Shown one piece after another: positions 8,542 to 18,496 of a stretch of DNA of 64,000 nucleotides (positions within the stretch are counted from its first letter, which is position 1; every line of letters begins with the position of its first letter). This stretch comes from Clostridiales bacterium (GTDB lineage Bacteria; Bacillota; Clostridia; Ch29). The position numbers and the translations under genes were made by a program. The stretch is taken from NCBI GenBank assembly GCA_012728565.1, contig JAAYEV010000103.1:11-64010 (forward strand), in the 5' to 3' direction. The notes under the pieces were generated by a model. That model made no database searches, was not told the DNA's origin, and saw nothing but the letters and a program-made list of their open reading frames with translations.

Positions 8542-9692
8542 ACCTCCAGGGTCTCCCTTGTTTCAACCGCCTCATCTATCAACCTTTGTACTTCCAGGTG
8601 GGACTCCGACTGGAGTATCCTTTCAAGTCTCGGCCTTGTCTCCGGGTGCTGCGGCAAAAAAAGGGTACAGCAGTCTTCATAGGGCAGTATGGACAGTTCA
8701 TAGGTACCTATGCTCCTTGCCCTTTCAGTTATTTCTATCTTATCCATTCCCACCAGCGGCCTTAACACCGGCAGATTCACGCTGGAATCCGTCACAAATA
8801 TGCTTTCCATGGTCTGGCTTGCGACCTGGCCCAAGCTCTCCCCCGTCACAAGGGCAAGGGCATTGACTTCTCCCGCAATTCTTTCGGCGATTCTCATCAT
8901 AAAACGCCGGGTCAGTATTGTGCTCTGTTCGGCAGGGCAGTGCATGTTTATGCTGCTTTGTATATCGGTCAGCGACACCATGTGAAGCCTGACACCACCG
9001 ATGTACCCCGCCAGCACCCCTGCCAGGTCTATGACCTTTTGCTTCGCCCGCTCGCTGGTAAAGGGAAAGCTGTGAAAGTGAACCGCCTCCAGTTCCACTC
9101 CCCTTTTGGCGACCATCCAGCCCGCCACCGGGCTGTCAATACCGCCGGACAGAAGCAGCAAGCCCTTTCCCCCTGTTCCGGTGGGCAAGCCCCCGCTTCC
9201 CTTTTCCATGCCTGCAAATATATAAGCCTTGTCCCTTATTTCAATGTTGATCATAAGGTCCGGCCGGTGTACATCCACCTTTATTCCTTCGCTGTTTTTT
9301 AGGATAAAGCCCCCAACCAGCCGGCAGATTTCAGGGGAGCCAACCGGGAAAGACTTGTCCGCCCTCCTGCTTTCCACCTTGAAGGAACCCGGGCTGCGCT
9401 TCCTAACCATTTCCAACGCAGTTCTTTTTATGGTGTCCAGGTCCTTTTCCACCATAACCACCCTGCTTAATGAAACAATACCGAATACTCTTTTTAGCCG
9501 TTCCACCGCCCTGTCGGTGTCTTCCGGGCCGCTTACGGGTTTTATAAATATCCTGCCGCGGTCCTTTATTATACTGTGGTCTATCCCCTTAAGCGCCTTG
9601 CCTATGTTTTTTATAAGCTGTCTTATGAAAAGGGACCTGTTTCCGCCCTTGAGCGCTATCTCACCGTATCTTACCAGTATCAACTCTTCCAT
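8538..9692 (-). CDS. thiI: tRNA 4-thiouridine(8) synthase ThiI
   Basis: THUMP domain at the N-terminus and PP-loop SGGIDSPVA; 384 aa, typical of the short Firmicute ThiI. Confidence 0.9.
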   Translation of the reverse strand: MEELILVRYGEIALKGGNRSLFIRQLIKNIGKALKGIDHSIIKDRGRIFIKPVSGPEDTDRAVERLKRVFGIVSLSRVVMVEKDLDTIKRTALEMVRKRSPGSFKVESRRADKSFPVGSPEICRLVGGFILKNSEGIKVDVHRPDLMINIEIRDKAYIFAGMEKGSGGLPTGTGGKGLLLLSGGIDSPVAGWMVAKRGVELEAVHFHSFPFTSERAKQKVIDLAGVLAGYIGGVRLHMVSLTDIQSSINMHCPAEQSTILTRRFMMRIAERIAGEVNALALVTGESLGQVASQTMESIFVTDSSVNLPVLRPLVGMDKIEITERARSIGTYELSILPYEDCCTLFLPQHPETRPRLERILQSESHLEVQRLIDEAVETRETLEV

Positions 9693-9696
9693 ATAA

Positions 9697-10857
9697 TCAT
9701 CTCCCGGATATTCTCCTTAAGAACCCTACTTCGGTTACAAGTGCATCCACAAGTATATCAGCCTCATCAATGGAATTGAACGGGCAGAGGCTAATCCTCA
9801 CGGTACCCTCCGCCTCCTCTTTGCTTAGGCCTATGACTTCCGGCACCCCGGCTGCCTTTATTTGTTTTGACGAGCAGGCGGACCCTGTGGAAATATATAT
9901 GCCGTGTTTTTCCAAGGCGTGGAGCAATACCTCGCCCTTCACTCCGCGAAATGAAACGCTTAAAATATGTGGAGCGCCACTATCCCCCTCGGGGGTATTG
10001 ATCCTTATATCATCAATACTTTTTTCAATACCCTCCCTGATTCTTTGTTTAAGCTCTGCCATTTTTGCAGTGTATTCGCTAAAATGGCTGCTGAAAACTT
10101 CGACGGCCTTTCCCATTCCTGCAATCCCGGGCAGGTTTTCGGTCCCCGAACGCAAGCCCATCTCCTGTCCCCCTCCGGTCTGCCATGGACGCAGATTTAT
10201 GCCCTTTTTGCAGTACAGCGCTCCTATGCCTTTCGGTCCATGGAATTTATGGGCGCTTATTGAAATAAGCTGCGGTCCCGTTTTGCCCACGTCAAGGGGT
10301 ATTTTCATAAAGGCCTGTATGCAGTCGGCGTGGAAAAAGGTAAGGGGGTTTTTCTCCCTGACTAGCTTGCCTATAAGTTCAAGGGGCTGTATGCATCCCG
10401 TTTCATTGTTTACTGCCATAAGCGTAACCAGTATTGTGTCTTTTTGGACGGCCTGCGCCAGTTTATCCAGGTCCACCACGCCGTAACAGTCCACGTCTAT
10501 ATAGGATACTTCAAAACCGTCCTTTTTCAAATCCTCCAGTGTCATTTGCACCGACGGGTGCTCCGCCCTGGTGGAAATTATATGTCTGCCCCTGTTAGAA
10601 TAACTGCGGGCGATTCCCCTTATTGCGGTGTTGTTGGCCTCGGTACCGCCGGAAGTAAAGAGTATTTCGGAAGGGTCAGCTTTAAGCGCTTCAGCCACCG
10701 TCTTTCTGCTTTCCTTCAGGATGTTCTCCGCCTGTATACCTTTTCTGTGCAGCGACGACGGGTTGCCGTATTCCTCGGTAAGGCACCTTACCATCGCCTG
10801 CACCACCTGTTCAAAGGGCCTTGTTGTAGCCGCATTGTCAAAATATATCTCTCTCAA
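9697..10857 (-). CDS. iscS: cysteine desulfurase (NifS/IscS class V aminotransferase) paired with thiI
   Basis: ORF 9697..10929 has an N-terminal extension with no homology. Probable TTG start at 10857 after GGAGTGG, giving MREIYFDNAATT. PLP Lys context SISAHKFHGPKG; active-site Cys loop STGSACSS. Confidence 0.85.
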   Translation of the reverse strand: MREIYFDNAATTRPFEQVVQAMVRCLTEEYGNPSSLHRKGIQAENILKESRKTVAEALKADPSEILFTSGGTEANNTAIRGIARSYSNRGRHIISTRAEHPSVQMTLEDLKKDGFEVSYIDVDCYGVVDLDKLAQAVQKDTILVTLMAVNNETGCIQPLELIGKLVREKNPLTFFHADCIQAFMKIPLDVGKTGPQLISISAHKFHGPKGIGALYCKKGINLRPWQTGGGQEMGLRSGTENLPGIAGMGKAVEVFSSHFSEYTAKMAELKQRIREGIEKSIDDIRINTPEGDSGAPHILSVSFRGVKGEVLLHALEKHGIYISTGSACSSKQIKAAGVPEVIGLSKEEAEGTVRISLCPFNSIDEADILVDALVTEVGFLRRISGR

Positions 10858-10981
10858 GCTTGTCCACTCCTTCCATTTGGCGGGCCTACTTAAATAATAA
10901 TACCCTAGTGCCGTATAAATGTAAACCACCCTATTCCTGCCAAGGTCATACCGCTTACGTTTTTCCGCCCCCGGGTTTTTC

Positions 10982-11010
10982 TTGACACGGCCGGGACCTT
11001 CTGCTAGGAT
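10982..11010 (+). promoter_or_regulatory. sigma-A type promoter for lysA
   Basis: TTGACA (10982-10987), a 17-nt spacer, then TAGGAT (11005-11010). The leader to the lysA ATG is about 30 nt, too short for an L-box. Confidence 0.6.
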
Positions 11011-11045
11011 ATAAAAAATAACTACAGCTCAAAGGGTGAAAACAC

Positions 11046-12362
11046 ATGAAACTTCACGGCACAATGAGGATAAACTCCCAATCCCACTTGGAAATCGGTG
11101 GGTGCGACTGTACCGAATTGGCAAAGGATTTCGGCACACCGCTGTATATAATGGATGAACAGCTAATAAGGGAAAACTGCCGCGGCTTCGTGAGAGCGTT
11201 TTCCCGCTGCTATCCGAGTATAGAAATAGTCTATGCAGGAAAAGCCTTTTTAACCACGGCAATGGCAAAGATTATTGAAAGCGAAGGCCTGTCGCTGGAT
11301 GTCGTGTCCGGCGGCGAACTGTATACCGCCTACAGCGCAGGCTTTCCCATGGATAGAGTGTACTTTCACGGCAACAACAAAACGCCGGAAGAAATTAACA
11401 TGGCCTTGGAATATGGCGTGGGCTGTATAGTTGTGGATAACCCTTCAGAACTGGAGATGCTGGACAATACCGCCTCTTCCATGGGCGTCAGGCAAAAAGT
11501 TCTGGTAAGGGTATCACCGGGCGTTGCAGCCAACACGCATCAATACATCCAGACCGGACAGTTGGATTCCAAGTTCGGATTCCCGCTGTACCGGGACGGT
11601 GCCTTCAGGGCGGTAAAGCGGGTATTGGCTTCCAAGGCTTTGGCCTTCGAAGGCTTGCACTGCCATATCGGGTCCCAGATTACCGATGTAAGCGCCTTTT
11701 GCACCGCCGCGGAAAACATGCTGGGTTTTGCTGCGAGGATTAGGACGGAACTTGAGGCCCCGGTTAATGTGCTCAACCTTGGCGGCGGATTCGGCATATA
11801 CTATACCAAGGAGGACCGCCGGATGCTCCCGGAAGACTTTTCCGAGCCCATAACGTCCTCGGTAAAGGAAGCCCTTGCCAGGTATAATCTCGCTGCGCCT
11901 AAACTTATGGTGGAACCGGGCAGGTATATTGTAGGGGATGCCGGCACCACCCTGTACAAGGTAGGTTCTGTAAAGGACATTCCGGAAGTGCGCAAATACG
12001 TATTCGTGGACGGGGGGATGGCGGATAATCCGCGCCCTGCCTTGTACCACGCAAGGTACAGGGCAACCATAGCCAACAGGATGGAAAAAGCGGAGGGTGA
12101 AAAGATAACCCTGGCGGGCAAGTGCTGCGAATCCGGCGACATACTGTTAAGGGACATAATTCTTCCTGAAATAAAAAGCGGTGACCTTATCGCGGTGTTT
12201 TCAACCGGCGCCTACAACTATTCCATGGCAAGCAACTATAACCGCCTTCCCAAGCCTGCGGTGGTCCTTGTCAGCGACGGAAAGGCCGACCTTATTGTAA
12301 AACGGGAAAGCTACCAGGACGTAATAAGAAACGATATAATACCCGAAAGACTAAAAAAATAG
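11046..12362 (+). CDS. lysA: diaminopimelate decarboxylase
   Basis: 438-aa fold-type III PLP decarboxylase. PLP Lys in YAGKAF, and GGGFGI and EPGR motifs present. Confidence 0.92.
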   Translation: MKLHGTMRINSQSHLEIGGCDCTELAKDFGTPLYIMDEQLIRENCRGFVRAFSRCYPSIEIVYAGKAFLTTAMAKIIESEGLSLDVVSGGELYTAYSAGFPMDRVYFHGNNKTPEEINMALEYGVGCIVVDNPSELEMLDNTASSMGVRQKVLVRVSPGVAANTHQYIQTGQLDSKFGFPLYRDGAFRAVKRVLASKALAFEGLHCHIGSQITDVSAFCTAAENMLGFAARIRTELEAPVNVLNLGGGFGIYYTKEDRRMLPEDFSEPITSSVKEALARYNLAAPKLMVEPGRYIVGDAGTTLYKVGSVKDIPEVRKYVFVDGGMADNPRPALYHARYRATIANRMEKAEGEKITLAGKCCESGDILLRDIILPEIKSGDLIAVFSTGAYNYSMASNYNRLPKPAVVLVSDGKADLIVKRESYQDVIRNDIIPERLKK

Positions 12363-12392
12363 GTCACGGATGATAGTTGGTATTAGAACATT

Positions 12393-12420
12393 AAAAAAGA
12401 AGCCCGGAGGCTTCTTTTTT
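12393..12420. terminator. bidirectional rho-independent terminator (lysA / LUD gene)
   Basis: Palindrome AAAAAAGAAGCC-cgga-GGCTTCTTTTTT with A/T runs on both sides, between convergent genes. Confidence 0.8.
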
Positions 12421-13024
12421 AGTACCCCAAGTCCTGGTCCACGAACATTAAATTTATTTCTTTACCCTTGGGACAGCGCTCCATTACTACCTTTACAGAG
12501 CACATCCTGTCGGGCGAATCGCAGTCGTGACACCGGCCGGTTTTGCTGCAGGGCGTTCTGAGAGCAAGCCGCCTTGCATTGGGCGGACAGGCCTCATTCT
12601 TAATCCTTTCCACCGCCTGCTCTTCATTCTCCACCACCTTGTTCCGACCGCATATTATGTATACCCTGTCAGGGCCGTAAAACATGCTTGCGACCCTGTT
12701 CCCTATTCCGTCAATGTTTACCAGTTTCCCGTCGGCGGTCACCGCGTTTGAACTGCAAAGATAAACATCCGCCTGGGAGGCCAGCTTCCTTGTTTTTCCT
12801 ATCTCGGATTTATCCACTTCCCAGTGGAAGTATACAATATTGCCCCTTGCCCTCAGTATATCGGTAATGCCGCTCTGCTTAACGGTAATTGACCCCCCGA
12901 CCCCAACCGACTGTTCAGGTCCTATCTCCTTTTCAAGGACCTTAACAACCTGGTCAATGTTATCAAAGGCCCTTGCCTTAAAACCCCTTTCGTTGAACAC
13001 CTTTAAAATAGAGTCAAAATCCAT
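12419..13024 (-). CDS. LUD-domain protein (YkgG/LutC-like, DUF162)
   Basis: 201 aa; LutC-like core (VGVGGSITV, YLCSSNAVTADGKLVNIDG) and a C-terminal Cys cluster (CHDCDSPDRMC). Confidence 0.7.
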   Translation of the reverse strand: MDFDSILKVFNERGFKARAFDNIDQVVKVLEKEIGPEQSVGVGGSITVKQSGITDILRARGNIVYFHWEVDKSEIGKTRKLASQADVYLCSSNAVTADGKLVNIDGIGNRVASMFYGPDRVYIICGRNKVVENEEQAVERIKNEACPPNARRLALRTPCSKTGRCHDCDSPDRMCSVKVVMERCPKGKEINLMFVDQDLGY

Positions 13025-13104
13025 ATCATAGACCTCCCCGCTATTAGTTTTTCATGCCACTCCTTGCATGGCTCCCGTTGTGCCCCTGAAAGTCCCCTTT
13101 CGGT

Positions 13105-13656
13105 TTAGAAATTTGGCGGAACCAAAGCCGAAATCAGCTTTGCCTTTTTTTCACTCATGGTATAGTAACGATGGGGCAGCATTTCCTCTATATACAGGCT
13201 GTCGCCTTCATTTAGCACGTAAGTCTCCATACCCACCTGGACTTCAATCTTGCCTTCCAGCACCAGGAGACACTCGTCGGCCCTGTGGCTCATCGGCTCA
13301 TCACTGCTCCAGCAGCCGGGGTCCAACTCGGTATATATTATCTCCTGCTTGGGTTTTACATGGTTTCCCATGGGGACCGGTGTTACGTATTCGTGGATTA
13401 TGTTTGAATTGGGCAGCGCAAGTTTTTTGCGCTCATCCCTGCGGACCAGGATGCTGCTCTTGCTTTCCTCTATCAAAAAGTGGAACAGCGGCACTTCTAA
13501 TGCTTCAGCAATTTTTCTCAGCGAAGATATTGATGGGCTGGTCAGGTCTCTCTCCAACAGCGAAATATAACTTGTGCTGAGACCGGTTTTATCGGCCAGC
13601 TCAGATAGTTTCAAACCCTTACTCATTCTTATTTCCCTAATTTTATTCCCCAGCAC
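13105..13656 (-). CDS. XRE-family HTH transcriptional regulator with C-terminal cupin domain
   Basis: N-terminal HTH (IREIRMSKGLKLSELADKTGLSTSYISLLER) and a C-terminal cupin barrel (CLLVLEGKIEVQVG...YVLNEGDSLYI). Likely GTG start after AAGAGGTG; the ORF extends to 13665. Confidence 0.8.
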   Translation of the reverse strand: MLGNKIREIRMSKGLKLSELADKTGLSTSYISLLERDLTSPSISSLRKIAEALEVPLFHFLIEESKSSILVRRDERKKLALPNSNIIHEYVTPVPMGNHVKPKQEIIYTELDPGCWSSDEPMSHRADECLLVLEGKIEVQVGMETYVLNEGDSLYIEEMLPHRYYTMSEKKAKLISALVPPNF

Positions 13657-13741
13657 CCGTGACACCTCTTATACATATTTTAATGTTACTATATAAGTAT
13701 ATCAGAATTATTATAATTATTAAATATTTCGCTTCATATTC

Positions 13742-15271
13742 CTATAATTTTCTGTCAATGGCTTCTTCTGCCACCCTGACCGGTTCGCCGGAAAGCACCA
13801 GTTCCAGGGCGCTGTGCATATCCGTGTGCATAATCCTGTCCTGCCCCAAGGGTTTAACGCGGCTTCTTAAAAGGTCATAAACCGGCCTTGTGCCCTTTCC
13901 CATTTTACCGGCGCCCCGCAGGTCCAATGCCTGTGCCGCGGCCAGGTACTCTATGGCAAGAACATTGGCAAGGTTTTCCTTTATCTGCGCCCCTTTACGC
14001 GCAGAAATGGTACCCATGCTCACATGGTCCTCTTGGTTTGCGGAAGAGGGTATCGAATCCACGCTGGCCGGATGGGCAAGAACCTTGTTCTCCGAAACCA
14101 ATGCGGCGGCCGCATATTGTGTAATCATAAAGCCCGAATTCAGTCCCCCGTTTGGTGTCAAAAAAGGTGGAAGACCGTTGCTGAGCTGCGGATTTACAAG
14201 CCTTTCTATCCTTCTCTCGGAGATGTTGGCAAGTTCAGACAGCGCTATACCTAGGAAGTCCATCGCAAGGGCCACCGGTTCCCCGTGGAAATTACCCCCG
14301 GACAGAACATCGCTGCTGTCCGGGAAAATAAGCGGGTTATCCGTCACCGCATTAATCTCGGTTTCTATTATCCCTGCAGCATATTCTACGGCATCACGGC
14401 AGGCCCCATGCACTTGGGATGTACACCTCAGGGCGTAGGCATCCTGCACCCTTCTTTCACCTTGCCTGGTAATAAATGTGCTCCCTGCCACCAGGTCCCT
14501 TATGTTCCCGGCGGATACAATCTGGCCCCTATGGCCCCTTACCCTGTGAATCCTTTCATCAAAGGCATCTATAATGCCGTTCAGTGCCTCCAGGGTGATA
14601 GAGGCTGCTATATCCGCCATTTTTACCAGCATCATGGCGTCATACAGCGTAAGGGACGCCACCGCCGACATTGCCTGCGTGCCATTTATCAGCGCAAGCC
14701 CTTCCTTGGAAGACAGCGTACAGGGCTTAAGGCCGGCCCTTTTTAGTGCCTCCGCCCCTCCCAGGACTTCTCCCTCGTATTCCGCCCTGCCTTCTCCCAA
14801 CATCACCAGTACCATGTGCGCCAGCGGCGCAAGGTCGCCGCTGGCACCCAGCGATCCCTTTTCCGGGATAACGGGGTGCACTCCCTTATTTAGCATTTCT
14901 ACCAGTAGGTTAAGGGTTTTAAGCCTTACCCCGGAATATCCCCTGCACAGGGTATTTATCCTAAGCAGCATTATGGCCCTTACTACATCCTTTGCAAAAC
15001 TCTCACCCACGCCGCAGGCGTGGCTCACGATAAGGTTTCTTTGCAGTGCCTCGGTCTCATCCTTTGAAATGGCCACGTCACTGAACCTGCCAAAACCCGT
15101 AGTCACTCCATATACCACTTCTTCCCGTCTTACGAACTCCTCCACGATTTCCCTTGACCTGTTTATTCTTTCTACGGCAGCCGAATCTATTTCCACCGAC
15201 CAACTTTCTCTCGCTACCATGGCCACCTGGTCAATTGTGAGGTTTTGGCCATTAACCACAATTCTGCTCAC
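13742..15271 (-). CDS. hutH: histidine ammonia-lyase (MIO-dependent aromatic amino acid lyase family)
   Basis: MIO-forming Ala-Ser-Gly triad in GASGDLAPLAHM and the HAL-type SHACGVG motif. ORF 13742..15304; probable GTG start at 15271 after GGAGGT, aligning with Bacillus HutH. Confidence 0.85.
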   Translation of the reverse strand: MSRIVVNGQNLTIDQVAMVARESWSVEIDSAAVERINRSREIVEEFVRREEVVYGVTTGFGRFSDVAISKDETEALQRNLIVSHACGVGESFAKDVVRAIMLLRINTLCRGYSGVRLKTLNLLVEMLNKGVHPVIPEKGSLGASGDLAPLAHMVLVMLGEGRAEYEGEVLGGAEALKRAGLKPCTLSSKEGLALINGTQAMSAVASLTLYDAMMLVKMADIAASITLEALNGIIDAFDERIHRVRGHRGQIVSAGNIRDLVAGSTFITRQGERRVQDAYALRCTSQVHGACRDAVEYAAGIIETEINAVTDNPLIFPDSSDVLSGGNFHGEPVALAMDFLGIALSELANISERRIERLVNPQLSNGLPPFLTPNGGLNSGFMITQYAAAALVSENKVLAHPASVDSIPSSANQEDHVSMGTISARKGAQIKENLANVLAIEYLAAAQALDLRGAGKMGKGTRPVYDLLRSRVKPLGQDRIMHTDMHSALELVLSGEPVRVAEEAIDRKL

Positions 15272-15435
15272 TGCTTTACCTCCAATCCATACCTTCCTAT
15301 ACAACCTAAAAACATAAATAGGACATCCAGCCCCGACATATGTGCTCTAAATGTCCCAATCCTCAATCTACCATGAGCCTTAATATTTTATTCTATGTTT
15401 CTCCATATTAATCCTGCCGGCGAAACTTTTTTTAT

Positions 15436-16494
15436 CTACCCGATAATTTCAACGATTGTGATATCCGATTCTTTTGAAAAATCCAGGAATTCTCCCCCCG
15501 CCAATACAACCGGTTTGGTAGGCTGCTGCGGGTATATGTATATAACTTTGCCTATACGCCCGTCACTTAGCCGTACTATATTGCCCACAAAGAAGCGGGA
15601 TATGCCTTGCAGGAAAACCCTAGATATGTATGGGTCCAGACTGTCGAAACTCCTGTCCGAAATGTATTCAGCCACCTTAAAGGGGGGTCTTTTCTTTCTG
15701 TACACCCTGTCCGACATCATCGCATCAAATATGTCCGCAACGGCAACAATTTTGCCGTAGGTATGTATCTTTTCTCCCTTAAGCCCCAATGGGTACCCGC
15801 TTCCATCCTCTCTTTCGTGGTGCATAAGGGCTCCCATCAGCACATCATTGCTCAGAATGTTGTTCTTTTTAAGTATATTATAGCCGTATATCGGGTGCTG
15901 TTTCATAATGTTCCATTCTCTTTCATCCAGGTTGTCCGGCTTGTTCAATATCTCCGGGGGCACCCTACACTTGCCTATATCATGAAATACGCCGGTATAT
16001 CCAAGCTTTCTAAGGTCTCTTTCCGGCATTTTAAGCCATTTGCCCATGAGTATGGCCAACAGGCTTACATTGATGGAATGATAATAGGTATACTCGTCTG
16101 TGATGTGTATTTGCTGCAGCTTGGGCACAATGTTTTCATCATCATTAATTAGGTCTATAAAAACGCTTACCGTTTCTCGTATTCCATCCAAGTTCAACAT
16201 TCTGCCCGACTGCACACTATCGAAAAGTTCCTTGATTACCTTGTTTGACTCATTGTACACCTTTAAGAATTGTTCTGTCTTAACTGCATATGCAGTCTTG
16301 TTTCGTGATGGTCTCTCCTTAACGTCGGTATCTGTTACGATGCTCAAATATGGAATGTTAAGGTCCTTAATCCTTTCAATCATATTGGAAGTAAGCGTCG
16401 TACCTTCTGCCAGGAATAGCGTTCCTCCCTCGTTAATAAAGTCGCTCTTCAGCCTCATCCCCGGCCTCAATTCTTCCGCTTTCAGGTAAGCCAC
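15436..16494 (-). CDS. HD-GYP domain c-di-GMP phosphodiesterase
   Basis: HD motif in VFHDIGK and HHEREDGSGYP (HD-GYP), with an N-terminal sensor-like domain. GTG start after GGGGGTGA. Confidence 0.85.
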   Translation of the reverse strand: MAYLKAEELRPGMRLKSDFINEGGTLFLAEGTTLTSNMIERIKDLNIPYLSIVTDTDVKERPSRNKTAYAVKTEQFLKVYNESNKVIKELFDSVQSGRMLNLDGIRETVSVFIDLINDDENIVPKLQQIHITDEYTYYHSINVSLLAILMGKWLKMPERDLRKLGYTGVFHDIGKCRVPPEILNKPDNLDEREWNIMKQHPIYGYNILKKNNILSNDVLMGALMHHEREDGSGYPLGLKGEKIHTYGKIVAVADIFDAMMSDRVYRKKRPPFKVAEYISDRSFDSLDPYISRVFLQGISRFFVGNIVRLSDGRIGKVIYIYPQQPTKPVVLAGGEFLDFSKESDITIVEIIG

Positions 16495-16701
16495 GCACTC
16501 ACCCCCGAGTAGAAAAAAATGCCTTTACACCTCTATTATACGAATTTTGTCGTTTTTTTTCAACAATTTTCTATATTTTTCAAAAGAATATCAAAAATAC
16601 TAGGCCTATAATATTTTACGAAAGAGGGAGCATATGTAACATTTATCTGCCCAAAATCCCCGTACCCGAACCTATTGCCCAAAAACGGGCATTGAAAAAA
16701 A

Positions 16702-16730
16702 ATAGATAAAGGAATATAATATCCACCATG
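16702..16730 (+). promoter_or_regulatory. sigma-A promoter of the ACT-hom-thrC-thrB operon
   Basis: TTGAAA (16702-16707), a 17-nt spacer, then TATAAT (16725-16730), about 50 nt upstream of the ACT protein ATG. Confidence 0.6.
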
Positions 16731-16779
16731 TAAATACATATGTCCACCAGTGGTGCACATAAATAAAGGGGGTGATTGT

Positions 16780-17220
16780 ATGAAGGAGCCGGTATACTAC
16801 ATCGTGGATTCCTCGGTGCTTCCGGAGGTGTTTTCCAAGGTAATCGAGACAAAGGCCCTTCTTCGAACGGGCAGGGCCAAAAACGTTAATGCAGCGGTAA
16901 AGATGGCAGGCATCAGCAGAAGTGCGTTTTATAAATACAAGGATTATGTCTTTCCTTTTTATGAAACAAGAAAAATGAAAATAGCAACCATTACTTTGCT
17001 GCTTGAACATATTCCGGGGGTACTGTCCAAGGTCCTTGATACAATCGCCAAAGCCCAAGGGAGCATCCTTACCATAAACCAGAACATACCCATACACGAC
17101 GTGGCTATGGTAAGCATCTCCTTCCAAACATCAGACATTAACAAGGACGTGGAGGAATTATTGAACGATATAAGAAAAATCCCCGGAGTCAACAGCTTAG
17201 ATATTGTATCCAGAGAATAG
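16780..17220 (+). CDS. ACT domain-containing protein (UPF0735 family)
   Basis: Start at the ATG at 16780 (MKEPVYY) with RBS AAAGGGGGTGA. C-terminal ACT fold (KIATITLLLEHIPGVLSKVLDTIAKAQGSILTI). Confidence 0.8.
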   Translation: MKEPVYYIVDSSVLPEVFSKVIETKALLRTGRAKNVNAAVKMAGISRSAFYKYKDYVFPFYETRKMKIATITLLLEHIPGVLSKVLDTIAKAQGSILTINQNIPIHDVAMVSISFQTSDINKDVEELLNDIRKIPGVNSLDIVSRE

Positions 17221-17233
17221 GGAGGTAATCATC

Positions 17234-18496
17234 ATGGTTAAGATAGGACTGCTGGGGTGCGGCACCATAGGTTCCGGGGTAGTGGAGCTTCTGGAAAGGG
17301 ATTCGTGCAGGAAAAATGACCTTTCAATAGAGAAGATTTTGGTACGCAACAAGGATAAACATTACAACAAGCCTTACGGCTGTAAGCTGACCGACAGTTT
17401 TAACGACATTATATCAAGCGATGTTGACATCGTGGTTGAGGTGATGGGAGGTATTGACCCGGCGTATTTTTACGTAAAGCAGTCACTGCTTAAGGGGCGG
17501 CACGTGGTAACCGCCAACAAGGACCTTATAGCAAAGTTCGGCAGCGAATTGCAGAATATTGCCCGCCAAAACGGGGTACGGCTGCTGTTCGAGGCCAGCG
17601 TCGGGGGAGGAATACCCATAATAAAACCCCTAAAAGAATGCCTTGCTGCCAACAACATCACCGAGATAAGGGGAATAGTAAACGGTACCACCAATTATAT
17701 ACTGTCCCGCATGGACAGCTCCGGGCTTGATTTTGAAACCGCTCTTAAAGAAGCACAGCAGTGCGGGTACGCGGAAGCCAATCCTGAAGCGGACATACTG
17801 GGACTTGACGCCGCCAGGAAACTGGCCATTTTATCCTCCATTGCATTCCGAATTAGCGTTAATTATGAAGACATACCTGTCCAAGGCATAAACAATATTT
17901 CCGCCGATGATATAAGCCTGGCCAGGTACTTGGGATGTTCGGTGAAATTATTGGCTTTGAGCCGGAAAACCGACCATGGTATAATGGCAAGAGTTGCGCC
18001 TGTGCTGCTAAAAAACACCGACTCGCTGGCAAGGGTGTCGGATGTGTACAATGCCATAGTTGTAAAGGGAGACGCTGTGGGTGATGTTCTGTTCTTCGGC
18101 CGGGGTGCAGGCAAACTGCCTACCGCCAGTGCCGTGGTTGGTGACATTTTTGACATAGTAAGGCACAACATGTCAAGCCAAGGGGTGGAGGATTGCAAGC
18201 TGGAGGACCCTGCCCCGGTGAAGCTGGATACCGCGGGCTGCAAGTCGGATTTCTTAATAAGGGTCAAGGTAAATGACCGTATTGAAGCTATGAATATAAT
18301 CGCAGGCCTTTTCAGTAGATTCGAACTCATATTCCCGGAAAGGGCAAAGCTCGGAAGGCTTATTGACCAAGACCAGGTTATATTTGTCGCCCATGATATA
18401 TATGAAACGGACATTGACAAAAGAATTGACCTGCTGGGAACCGCCGACTGTATAGACAATGTACTCAGCATTTTACGCGTAGAGGGGGAAGCTTAG
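17234..18496 (+). CDS. hom: homoserine dehydrogenase
   Basis: NAD(P)-binding GLLGCGTIGSG and catalytic-domain motifs, plus a C-terminal ACT domain. Start at the ATG at 17234 after GGGAGGT. Confidence 0.92.
   Translation: MVKIGLLGCGTIGSGVVELLERDSCRKNDLSIEKILVRNKDKHYNKPYGCKLTDSFNDIISSDVDIVVEVMGGIDPAYFYVKQSLLKGRHVVTANKDLIAKFGSELQNIARQNGVRLLFEASVGGGIPIIKPLKECLAANNITEIRGIVNGTTNYILSRMDSSGLDFETALKEAQQCGYAEANPEADILGLDAARKLAILSSIAFRISVNYEDIPVQGINNISADDISLARYLGCSVKLLALSRKTDHGIMARVAPVLLKNTDSLARVSDVYNAIVVKGDAVGDVLFFGRGAGKLPTASAVVGDIFDIVRHNMSSQGVEDCKLEDPAPVKLDTAGCKSDFLIRVKVNDRIEAMNIIAGLFSRFELIFPERAKLGRLIDQDQVIFVAHDIYETDIDKRIDLLGTADCIDNVLSILRVEGEA

Noticed and set aside
9697-10929. 72-nt N-terminal extension of the cysteine desulfurase ORF (MVYIYTALGYYYLSRPAKWKEWTSL...)
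   Set aside because: The extension has no homology to NifS/IscS N-termini. An internal TTG with a GGAG RBS gives the canonical start M-R-E-I-Y-F-D-N-A-A-T-T.
11011-11045. Lysine (L-box) riboswitch upstream of lysA
   Set aside because: The leader between the -10 element and the ATG is only about 30 nt, far too short for an L-box.
16560-17127. ORFs 16560..16760, 16643..16852 and 16672..17127 on the minus strand in the thr operon promoter region
   Set aside because: They overlap the AT-rich promoter/leader and the 5' end of the ACT-protein gene, and have neither an RBS nor motifs. They are probably spurious.
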